52,592 bases of DNA from Tolypothrix carrinoi HA7290-LM1. GTDB taxonomy: Bacteria; Cyanobacteriota; Cyanobacteriia; Cyanobacteriales; Nostocaceae. Both the position numbers and the translations under genes were made by a program. The notes under the pieces are model-generated. The model was not told where the DNA came from, made no database searches, and worked only from the letters and a program-made list of their open reading frames with translations. This document shows positions 1 to 7,490 of the stretch, piece after piece (position 1 is the stretch's first letter; every line of letters begins with the position of its first letter). The stretch spans positions 1 to 52,592 of the forward strand of contig JAHHIK010000058.1 of the NCBI GenBank assembly GCA_019358935.1, in the 5' to 3' direction.

Positions 1-120
1 GTAAAATCTCAACTGTCTGCAAAATTGTTTTGGCTATGCCAAAAAGCATTTTGCAGACGTTTCGCTTTTACTTCGCTTACATCCCCAGGCTGTAGAGCCG
101 TGGGGAATTACGCGAGTTAG
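1..120 (-). mobile_element. Probable IS200/IS605-family element end, extending off the left edge of the window
   Basis: Minus strand reads CGCGTAATT-CCCCACGGCT-CTAC-AGCCTGGGG-ATGTAAGCG, an imperfect subterminal hairpin typical of IS200/IS605 ends. It is preceded by TTTAA (121-125, minus strand). A second hairpin lies at about 16-59. No transposase in the window. Confidence 0.55.
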
Positions 121-122
121 TT

Positions 123-151
123 AAAAAGGCTCAAGCAGGAACGCTTGAGCC
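123..151 (-). terminator. Intrinsic terminator of rbp
   Basis: GGCTCAAGC-6 nt-GCTTGAGCC stem followed by TTTTT on the minus strand, just downstream of the rbp stop. Confidence 0.8.
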
Positions 152-215
152 ATTACTAAATACAATTAATTTGCGCTTACTAATCGGTTAGCTTAAAGAA
201 CTAAATCTATGAAGC

Positions 216-515
216 TTAATAGCGGTTACGTCCGCTGTTGTTTCCCCGATTACCACCAAACGAACCTCTATCTTCTTTAGGTTTAGCCTTATTAACTTTG
301 AGGTCACGTCCCATCCACTCAGCACCATCAAGAGCATCAATGGCTGCTGTTTCTTCAGCATCTGTACCCATTTCCACAAAACCAAAGCCGCGCAAACGAC
401 CTGTTTCACGGTCGGTAGGTAGCTGAATTCGCTTTACAGAACCGTATTCTGCAAAGACAGCATTCAAACTATCTTCTGTAACTTCGTAAGAAAGATTGCC
501 TACATAAACTGACAT
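216..515 (-). CDS. rbp: RRM RNA-binding protein (cyanobacterial Rbp) with short Gly-rich tail
   Basis: RNP2 VYVGNL, RNP1 RGFGFVEM, C-terminal GGNRGNNSGRNRY. Confidence 0.97.
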   Translation of the reverse strand: MSVYVGNLSYEVTEDSLNAVFAEYGSVKRIQLPTDRETGRLRGFGFVEMGTDAEETAAIDALDGAEWMGRDLKVNKAKPKEDRGSFGGNRGNNSGRNRY

Positions 516-521
516 AGATTG

Positions 522-649
522 TCTCCGAAATTGTAAGTGTGTAAAGATTTAAATTTCGGAGAAAAGTCTGTGAATACCAAAAGGAAAAAGCCTGTCAATA
601 CTAAAAACAAACGCGGTCGCCGAATTAACTCTTACCTAAGAGTATAACA
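522..649 (-). promoter_or_regulatory. rbp 5'-UTR conserved boxes and extended -10
   Basis: Minus strand: TTCGGAGA RBS (522-529), complementary box TCTCCGAA (555-562), TTTGTTTTTAGT (600-611), TTCGGCGA (617-624), TGtTATACT (641-649). These match the conserved leader boxes of cyanobacterial rbp genes. Confidence 0.8.
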
Positions 650-832
650 CAGCAGTCATGTATCAGGGGGAAGTTGGAAAAACTATGTTAACAATTCAAA
701 ATTAAAAAATAATTTATTATGTATGTTCCAGCCATACTCTGGTCTATTCTATACATTAATTGTGTCCGCACTTCATAATTCAAAGATTGATTGCGCTTGG
801 ACAAACGCCATGATTACTGCTACATATAATCA

Positions 833-859
833 ATGCTCGGTTCTGGGTGAACCGAGCAT
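833..859. terminator. Hairpin downstream of hli, probable terminator
   Basis: ATGCTCGGTTC-TGGGT-GAACCGAGCAT, perfect 11-bp stem. Confidence 0.6.
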
Positions 860-895
860 AATCAACTTTTATGCGAAAAAGCCTACATCAATAAT

Positions 896-1075
896 TTACA
901 CGATACCCCAAAAATGGAGGAAGCCTTGACCAGACAAAGCTTCAATCAAAATGATAGATATAAAACCAATCATTGCAAAGCGACCGTTCCAATTTTCACT
1001 TTGAGGAGTGAAACCAAAACGCAGAGCATTACGGTTATCCGAAACAGCAGGGTTAGGATTCTTGAAACCTGTCAT
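896..1075 (-). CDS. hli: High-light-inducible protein (HLIP/SCP, CAB-like), 59 aa
   Basis: FGFTPQSENWNGRFAMIGF motif. ATG at 1075 follows an AAGGAG RBS, so the longer ORF-track start is unlikely. Confidence 0.93.
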   Translation of the reverse strand: MTGFKNPNPAVSDNRNALRFGFTPQSENWNGRFAMIGFISIILIEALSGQGFLHFWGIV

Positions 1076-1115
1076 AAGTAAAACTCCTTTCGTCAAAGTG
1101 TTGTAATTGCAACTG

Positions 1116-1133
1116 TCTGTAAAGTAATGTAAC
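1116..1133 (-). promoter_or_regulatory. HLR1 (RpaB-binding) direct repeat upstream of hli
   Basis: Minus strand GTTACATT-AC-TTTACAGA, close to the (G/T)TTACA(T/A)(T/A)-N2 repeat consensus. Confidence 0.7.
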
Positions 1134-1255
1134 AGATTTTTACAAAAATGCAATACTTGAGTGGGAGCAGAAAAGTTAATGCAATCAGCTTTATTGCCAA
1201 CTTTTTTCCCAGAAGGCGATCGCCATGATTTTTTGTAGTTTGCGATACTTTTTCC

Positions 1256-1339
1256 CTACTCAATGAATCTTTTAGGGAATTTACTAATAGATAAACAATT
1301 GCTAAATTGCAGCAATTATTTGATCGGGAAGGGCAATAG
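1256..1339 (+). pseudogene. cobG: C-terminal remnant of precorrin-3B synthase
   Basis: Translates LLNESFREFTNR*TIAKLQQLFDREGQ*, which resembles the Nostocales CobG C-terminus. It has an internal stop and sits directly upstream of the cobH start. Confidence 0.5.
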
Positions 1340-1342
1340 CCG

Positions 1343-1627
1343 ATGATAGACTATATACGTGAAAAAGAAGGGTTTAGGGGGTGGCTGAGTGGGTGTCGGG
1401 GGGGGACGGCGTTGGACGAGGCTTCCGAAGATAGACCAACGCAATCGCCCTATGAAGGGACGAGGCTTCTGACCAAGCGCGTTGTTGGGGCAGGTCTTGC
1501 GCCCCACACCCTACACCCCACACCCCACACCCCGCCCCAACGGGGCTGGTGATGGTGATGAAATTTCTCGGCGTTCTTTCGCGATTATTCGGTCAGAGGC
1601 AAATTTAAACAGCTTATCTCCCGATAA
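1343..1627 (+). pseudogene. cobH: N-terminal fragment of precorrin-8X methylmutase, split by an insertion and truncated
   Basis: MIDYIR[insert 1363-1548]DGDEISRRSFAIIRSEANLNSLSPD is the CobH/CbiC N-terminal signature (DYIRDG.EI.RRSFAIIR.EA). Confidence 0.85.
1363..1548. mobile_element. 186-bp composite small repeat insertion in cobH
   Basis: GTGA is present on both sides (1359-1362 and 1549-1552). GC-rich, with CCCCACA heptamers near the right end and GGGTG-rich sequence near the left end. Confidence 0.65.
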
Positions 1628-1750
1628 CGAGCAAGGTTTATTGAAAAAGCCACAATGCAGAATCAGCGGATTGTACCTTTGAATGAAGTCGATCCAACGA
1701 CGGTGCCATATTTTTCCTTAATTATGATACCAAGTCAATGGCAGCCATAA
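1628..1750 (+). pseudogene. cobI: C-terminal remnant of precorrin-2 C20-methyltransferase
   Basis: [40 protein letters not shown] matches the CobI C-terminal pattern (ERAT..QRIVPL..VPYFS). It is fused out of frame to the cobH fragment. Confidence 0.8.
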
Positions 1751-1795
1751 TCAAAGTTAGTAATATGATTTAGGATTTCGAAAAAAGCGATCGCT

Positions 1796-2344
1796 ATGAT
1801 AACTCTAGCTAAATGGACAATAGAAGAATATCATCGCATGATTGCCGCAGGCATTTTAACTCATCGACGTGTGGAACTACTGAAGGGAGAAATTGTTGAA
1901 ATGTCTCCAGAACGAGAACCCCACGCTTATTTTAGCAGTGAAGCGGGAGAATATCTGACTCGATTGTTAGGCGAACGCGCTATGATTCGTTCGAGTAAAC
2001 CAATTACGCTACCTAACAACTCTGAGCCGGAACCAGATATTGCCATTGTACAACGCCTGGGGCGTGAATATTTACAGCATCACCCTTATCCGAAAAATAT
2101 CTTTTGGCTGATTGAATACTCCAATTCCAGCTTGGATAAGGATTTAGAGATAAAAAATAAAGTTTATGCGGAAGTTAACATTCCTGAATATTGGGTAGTT
2201 AATCTCAAGAAAAGACAGCTTATAGTGTTTCGAGATCCCCAAGATGGAGAGTATGCTTCAAAATCCACACTCTTGGGAGGGACAATTTACCCATTAGCAT
2301 TTCCAGATGTAGCTGTATCCATAGATTCGATTGTCAGCGTTTAG
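1796..2344 (+). CDS. Uma2 family (DUF820) putative endonuclease
   Basis: WTIEEYHRM, VELLKGEIVEMSP, EPEPDIAIV, YAEVNIPEYWVVNL. Confidence 0.93.
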   Translation: MITLAKWTIEEYHRMIAAGILTHRRVELLKGEIVEMSPEREPHAYFSSEAGEYLTRLLGERAMIRSSKPITLPNNSEPEPDIAIVQRLGREYLQHHPYPKNIFWLIEYSNSSLDKDLEIKNKVYAEVNIPEYWVVNLKKRQLIVFRDPQDGEYASKSTLLGGTIYPLAFPDVAVSIDSIVSV

Positions 2345-2397
2345 TTCAAAGTATATCGCGGAGAAATTCGTAACCCTGATTTGCCTTGATGACCCTT

Positions 2398-2586
2398 AAT
2401 ACCGCGATATTCATCATCAATATCGCGACTTTCATTATCAATATCGCGATATTCATCATCCAAATCGCGACTTTCATTATCAATATCGCGACTTTCATTA
2501 TCAATATCGCGATATTCATCATCCAAATCGCGACTTTCATTATCAATATCGCGATATTCATCATCAATATCGCGATTTTTGTCACT
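2398..2586. repeat. Tandem array of nine 21-bp units
   Basis: Units AATATCGCGATATTCATCATC / AATATCGCGACTTTCATTATC / CAAATCGCGACTTTCATTATC start at 2398, 2419, 2440, 2461, 2482, 2503, 2524, 2545 and 2566. Confidence 0.95.
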
Positions 2587-2590
2587 AACA

Positions 2591-2674
2591 CAGGACTTAC
2601 GCACTAAGAACGTAAAATCAAGGTTTGAGATTGCTTCGCTGCGGACGTGATTCCGTCACGGTGCGTAAGTCCTA
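2591..2674. mobile_element. MITE with AGGACTTACGCA terminal inverted repeats
   Basis: cAGGACTTACGCA...TGCGTAAGTCCTa, flanked by a 5-bp direct repeat TAACA. Confidence 0.85.
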
Positions 2675-2853
2675 TAACATTAAAGCGATTGATTGCCAAT
2701 AAAACCAAGTGCAAAAGGCTAAATAAGAGAAATTACCCAGATGAACCGCAGGAAAATGTTTAATATCATACAATTTTTCAATAATTTTACTGTACCAGAA
2801 AATAGTTTTCTTAGGTCAAAATAGCTCTTAATCCCCCTCTAAGGAATATATTT

Positions 2854-3219
2854 ATGCCCCGTCAAAAACGCACATCCCGTGTGATCGAAAAAGCTGAATT
2901 CAGAGCCGCTGGACTGAAAGCGATTGATTCAAGTATGGATTTTGGTGATAATTGCGATTTGCAAAACCTGACTCAATCAATTGAGCAGTTACGCACTATG
3001 ATTGATTCTTATAATGCCGCTCTAGCTGTGATTGACTCTTCTAAAACTAAGATTGATGAGATGGAAAAAAGCTTGAGTAATCTTTCAGACAAGTTGGTGA
3101 GGGGAGTTGCTTTCAAGTATGGCAGAAACAGCAGCGAATATGAGATAGCGGGTGGTGTTCGTGAGAGCGATCGCGTCCGTAAAAGCAGGTTGACTCGTTT
3201 GAAAAGTAGTATACAATAA
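2854..3219 (+). CDS. Uncharacterised 121-aa helical protein with basic N- and C-termini
   Basis: AGGA RBS, MPRQKRTSR start, heptad-like middle, KYGRNSSEYEIAGGVRESDRVRK end. Recalled as a recurrent hypothetical family in cyanobacteria; no function known to me. Confidence 0.85.
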   Translation: MPRQKRTSRVIEKAEFRAAGLKAIDSSMDFGDNCDLQNLTQSIEQLRTMIDSYNAALAVIDSSKTKIDEMEKSLSNLSDKLVRGVAFKYGRNSSEYEIAGGVRESDRVRKSRLTRLKSSIQ

Positions 3220-3307
3220 ACATCCTAAGAGAGCGCTCAAACTGCTTAGAAGCAACCCGAAGCGATCGCTTTATTATAAAGTAAATATGTGATGTCACAT
3301 AAACCGG

Positions 3308-3862
3308 ATGAACGATTTCCTGGATCGCAAACTTTCCCAACGCTTTCGCACCTTCGACGATGATCGCAACGGCTTTATTGAGCGGATCGACTTCGAGATG
3401 TCGGTCGCACGTCTGGCTGAAGAATTCGGTCATGAATCTGAATCTCCTGCCCGACAAAGGCTGCTCGATCTTAGCTTAGGTCTTTGGGAACACTTGCTTC
3501 AAGTCGCCGACACCAACACCGACGGACGCATCAGCGAGGCTGAGTATAAAGCAGCATTCAGGTTGGGACTGCTAGAAATTCCCGAAACGTTTGACCAGAT
3601 CTACATACCTTTCCTTTCCGCCATTATGGATATCGTTGACCAGGATCGCGACGGCAAGCTCACCGTCACTGATGAGATCCGCTGGACTGGTGCTATGATG
3701 CACCTATCTGAGCAAGATGCCCGCGAGATATTCCGCCACCTTGACCAGGACGCGGATGGATTCATCACCACCCGTGAACTCCTCGAAGCCATTCGTGGTT
3801 ATTACTTCGACAACTCCCCCGATTCTCCCGGCTACTGGCTGCTTGGTCCCCTCGATTCATAA
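3308..3862 (+). CDS. Multi-EF-hand calcium-binding protein (calerythrin-like)
   Basis: Four DxDxDG-type loops: DDDRNGFIERID, DTNTDGRISEAE, DQDRDGKLTVTD, DQDADGFITTRE. Confidence 0.9.
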   Translation: MNDFLDRKLSQRFRTFDDDRNGFIERIDFEMSVARLAEEFGHESESPARQRLLDLSLGLWEHLLQVADTNTDGRISEAEYKAAFRLGLLEIPETFDQIYIPFLSAIMDIVDQDRDGKLTVTDEIRWTGAMMHLSEQDAREIFRHLDQDADGFITTRELLEAIRGYYFDNSPDSPGYWLLGPLDS

Positions 3863-3943
3863 CCGAATACCTGATACTCGATGTTCAAAGATAAGGACTT
3901 AATCTTGATATGACACAATAGACATTGCCGCATTATTATCAAT

Positions 3944-5644
3944 ATGGTTGCTTGTGCAATTGTCGTTCTCGGTCAAAATAGTGTAACCTTAGCAAAGCAA
4001 ATAAAAACAGGTTTGCTCAATGCTACTATTTACGGTTTAACGGAACGTACATCAAATGTCGATGTCAGTTTCACTAACTTTGGGGAAACACTGCGAGAAT
4101 TATTTGCCAGCGGAACCCCCATCATCGGTATCTGTGCAGCAGGAATTCTCATCCGCACTCTTGCGCCAATTATATCAGATAAGCGTCAAGAACCACCTGT
4201 GTTAGCTGTAGCTGAAGATGGTAGCGCTGTCGTCCCGTTATTGGGAGGACTTCAAGGTGTGAATGATTTAGCCAGACAAATTGCCGCAGTGCTTGAAGTA
4301 AAAGCGGCAATTACCACAACCGGAGATATCCGCTTTCACACAGCACTTTTATCTCCTCCACCAGGATATCATTTAGCTAATCCAGATGATGCCAAAAAGT
4401 TTATTTCTGATTTACTTGCAGGTGCAACAGTTAAACTGAAAGGAACTGCACCTTGGTTAATTAATAGTAAATTACCTTTTGACGAAGAAGGAAAGCTAAC
4501 TATTCAGGTTACAGAATATCAAGTGCCGCTAACACCAGACTGTTTGGTTTATCATCCAGCAACTCTCGCAATTGGAGTTAGCAATGCTTCACAAGTCAAC
4601 TTAGAAGAAGCGATATCCTGCATTCAGCAAATGCTAGCTGATGCTAAACTTTCAATTTTCTCAGTCGCGGGTGTATTTGCGTTGGAGGAAGAAGCCGCAT
4701 CAGTAATTGAGGAAATTGCTGATGCTTTAAATGTACCAGTTCGTTGGTTCAATTGTCAAAGTGAGAAAAACGCAGTTGCGATCGCTTTAACTGCAACCGG
4801 TGCTAATGGTAAATTACTTCTACAACAACAATGTGGTATAAATCTTGCTGTTGCTGTTTCTCAGGAAGTAATCGATATTAAGACAGTTGGTAAGGCAAGG
4901 GGACAATTATTTATCGTTGGTACTGGTCCTGGTGCGGCAAATTGGATGTCTCCGGAAGTCAAGCAAATTCTTAGTGAAGCCACAGACTTGGTGGGTTATA
5001 GCTTTTACCTTGATTTAGCTGGTTCGTTGCGAGAAGGACAGCGACGACATGAGTTTGATAATCGCGAGGAACTCGCACGCGCAGAGATGGCTTTGGATTT
5101 AGCCGCAGAGGGACGAACAGTTGCGGTGGTTTCTTCTGGCGACCCTGGTATATATGCAATGGCAGCAGCGGTCTTTGAGGTGCTAGATTGCAATCAACCA
5201 AAATGGCAAAATATCAAAATTCATGTTGCCCCTGGTATTTCTGCTATACAAGCTGCCGCAGCGAGAATTGGAGCGCCTATCGGACATGATTTCTGCGTGA
5301 TTTCTTTGTCGGATATTCTCAAACCTTGGTCTATTATCGAACGTCGGATTATTGCCGCTGCTGAAGCTGATTTGGCGATCGCCTTCTACAACCCCGCATC
5401 CAAACAACGCACCTCACAACTTGCATCTGCGCGTGATATCTTGTTGCGGTATCGTTCGCAACAAACTATAGTCGTACTTGCCCGGAATGTTGGGCGGGTG
5501 GGGGAATCAGTTGTAGTGCGGACATTAGCTGATTTATCACCCCAGGAGGTAGATATGCGAACTTTGGTGCTAGTTGGTTCCAGCAAGACGCGCACAGTGC
5601 CGCATCCGGGAGGTGTTTGGGTTTATACACCACGCAAGTATTAA
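3944..5644 (+). CDS. cobJ: CbiG-CobJ fusion, precorrin-3B C17-methyltransferase
   Basis: N-terminal CbiG-like part (AAGILIR, EPPVLAVAEDG). C-terminal tetrapyrrole methylase (VGTGPG, VSSGDPGIYAMA, GAPIGHDFCVISLSD, YTPRKY). Confidence 0.93.
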   Translation: MVACAIVVLGQNSVTLAKQIKTGLLNATIYGLTERTSNVDVSFTNFGETLRELFASGTPIIGICAAGILIRTLAPIISDKRQEPPVLAVAEDGSAVVPLLGGLQGVNDLARQIAAVLEVKAAITTTGDIRFHTALLSPPPGYHLANPDDAKKFISDLLAGATVKLKGTAPWLINSKLPFDEEGKLTIQVTEYQVPLTPDCLVYHPATLAIGVSNASQVNLEEAISCIQQMLADAKLSIFSVAGVFALEEEAASVIEEIADALNVPVRWFNCQSEKNAVAIALTATGANGKLLLQQQCGINLAVAVSQEVIDIKTVGKARGQLFIVGTGPGAANWMSPEVKQILSEATDLVGYSFYLDLAGSLREGQRRHEFDNREELARAEMALDLAAEGRTVAVVSSGDPGIYAMAAAVFEVLDCNQPKWQNIKIHVAPGISAIQAAAARIGAPIGHDFCVISLSDILKPWSIIERRIIAAAEADLAIAFYNPASKQRTSQLASARDILLRYRSQQTIVVLARNVGRVGESVVVRTLADLSPQEVDMRTLVLVGSSKTRTVPHPGGVWVYTPRKY

Positions 5645-5666
5645 GTCGGTGGGGCAGAGAAAATAT

Positions 5667-5759
5667 GGCATTGCTGATTATAAGTATGAATTTACCTCAC
5701 GCAAAGGCGCAGAGGCGCAAAGGAAGAAAGAACAGTTCATACGTCAATTCAGCAACGCC
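5667..5759. mobile_element. MITE with GGC(G/A)TTGCTGA terminal inverted repeats
   Basis: GGCATTGCTGAT...ATTCAGCAACGCC with flanks GAAAATAT / GAAAATGT (7/8 match, a probable target duplication). Carries an internal CTCACGCAAAGGCGCAGAGGCGCAAAG repeat. Confidence 0.75.
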
Positions 5760-5894
5760 GAAAATGTGAAGAAAAATACTTCTTGCTAAAATCTGAATAA
5801 GATTAAAATAAGCTACAGATAAACACAGATTACCTCAGGTAGGAGTCCGACAATATTAAGAGTTATTAAGAAATTGATGGTTAAAAAATAAACT

Positions 5895-6674
5895 ATGCAA
5901 TATTTAGGTATATTGAATACAACATTGAGTTTAGAACTTTTTCATCTTCAAACGAATACGTCTTTGGAGTTACCAGCGATTTCTGTAATTCGTATTGGTA
6001 AGCCAAATGAGCAAGTTCCAGTCGATATTGATGTTTCCGTTTTACCAGATGCTGATGCTGTTTCTCGGCTTCATGCAGAGATTCATCTAGAAGGAAATAG
6101 TTACTATATTGAAGATTTAGGAAGCACTAACGGTACATATATTAACAACACAAAGTTAATATCTAAAACTCGTTATCAGCTTAACTTAGGAGATAAAATA
6201 GACCTTGGTCAGGAAAGTAAAGTAACGTTTATTTTTCAACAGAAAGAACACAAAGCAAATATTTTTTCTCCTGCCAATCCTACAGCAATTCAGCGAGATG
6301 TTGAAAACGGTAAATCAACTCAAGTAGATCGTCCAAGCAAGTTTGTCGGCTTGGCATTAATGGTTGCAGGAATTATAATTTTTGCAGCAAATACTCAAGT
6401 GGGTCTTTTTGTGCGTATTCCTGGTATATTGCTATGTATCGCCGGCGTTGTAGTTTTAATGCAGCAGCGAATAAAACGTAATTACGGATGGATTTTGATA
6501 GCGCTAGGAATAGCAGTCATCGTTTTTACTGGCAATGTCTTCGCATCAGTGAATTTTCTTGCTATTCTGATTGCATCGGCTTTATTATTTGCTGGATATC
6601 AGCTTTTTAGTAGTGGTAAAGTGTTTAATTATAGTTTGCGATCACTTGACGGATTATTAAAGAATAAAAAATAA
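5895..6674 (+). CDS. FHA domain membrane protein
   Basis: RIGK...VSRLHAEI...DLGSTNGTYIN FHA motifs, followed by about four C-terminal TM segments. Confidence 0.9.
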   Translation: MQYLGILNTTLSLELFHLQTNTSLELPAISVIRIGKPNEQVPVDIDVSVLPDADAVSRLHAEIHLEGNSYYIEDLGSTNGTYINNTKLISKTRYQLNLGDKIDLGQESKVTFIFQQKEHKANIFSPANPTAIQRDVENGKSTQVDRPSKFVGLALMVAGIIIFAANTQVGLFVRIPGILLCIAGVVVLMQQRIKRNYGWILIALGIAVIVFTGNVFASVNFLAILIASALLFAGYQLFSSGKVFNYSLRSLDGLLKNKK

Positions 6675-6795
6675 ATTAGGGTGGAATTAGCTACCCACCC
6701 GGTTATTTTCTCCAGGTAATATCAAGTAACAATTTATCAAAAAATCGCTTACACCCAGGTTATGATTGTTACTTGATTTCCAGTATGATAAATTC

Positions 6796-7065
6796 TTATG
6801 CGGTGCGACGGCTAAACCAGTTCCACAGAAATACGGCAATGATTGCACCCAGTACAGCTACAGCAACTCCAGGAATGCTCAAACTTGTAGCTGTCAATTG
6901 TAAACTTCCCGTAGTCAGAAAACTTCCCAATGTACCACCGACGAAAGCGCCGATAATACCTAATAAGATTGTACCGAGAATACCACCACCTTGATGACCG
7001 GGATAAATAGCTTTAGCGATCGCGCCAGCCAACAAACCTAAAACAATCCATGCAACTATATTCAT
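6796..7065 (-). CDS. GlsB/YeaQ/YmgE (transglycosylase-associated) stress membrane protein
   Basis: IVAWIVLGLLAGAIAKAIYPG, GIIGAFVGG, AVLGAII. Confidence 0.92.
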   Translation of the reverse strand: MNIVAWIVLGLLAGAIAKAIYPGHQGGGILGTILLGIIGAFVGGTLGSFLTTGSLQLTATSLSIPGVAVAVLGAIIAVFLWNWFSRRTA

Positions 7066-7344
7066 AGTTTTATTCCTTTGAATTCAATGTTTCCTTTCTT
7101 TTGATGAATACAGAATATCAAGTCCTGATTGAAAACCAATCTGTCAGGCGAAAGAAATGTCAAATTTCCACTATTCCTTCTGGTTAGCTGCTTTCGAGTA
7201 GATATATCTATCTTTTGGTTTGTCTTTATTTAATTACTTAATCAACAGTCAGGAGTAAAAAGACCTATTTCTTTTGGTTACATCCACCGCTAACTAAACA
7301 ACCAGCGCTAGTATATTTGTTGAAACTAAGAAGTGGGCCCTATC

Positions 7345-7490
7345 GCATTGGGCAATGGGCCCTATCGCATGGGGCATTGGGTATGGGGCATGGGGCATTG
7401 GTAATAATTCTTTCCCCTTTTCCCTTTCCCCTTTACCCTTTTCCCCTCTTCAAAAAGCCCAATGCCCAATGCCCCATGCCCATTGCCCAT
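7345..7490. repeat. STRR composite: GGGCAT-type left arm, TTTCCCC core, ATGCCC-type right arm
   Basis: Heptamer arrays in inverted orientation, just downstream of dacB. Confidence 0.8.

Noticed and set aside
2398..2586. CRISPR array
   Set aside because: Units are contiguous with no unique spacers, and there are no cas genes. The same applies to the 32.7-kb array.
3286..3301. CRP-like site TATGTGATGTCACATA upstream of the EF-hand gene
   Set aside because: The half-sites are 2 bp apart rather than 6. It could be another operator, but nothing supports that.
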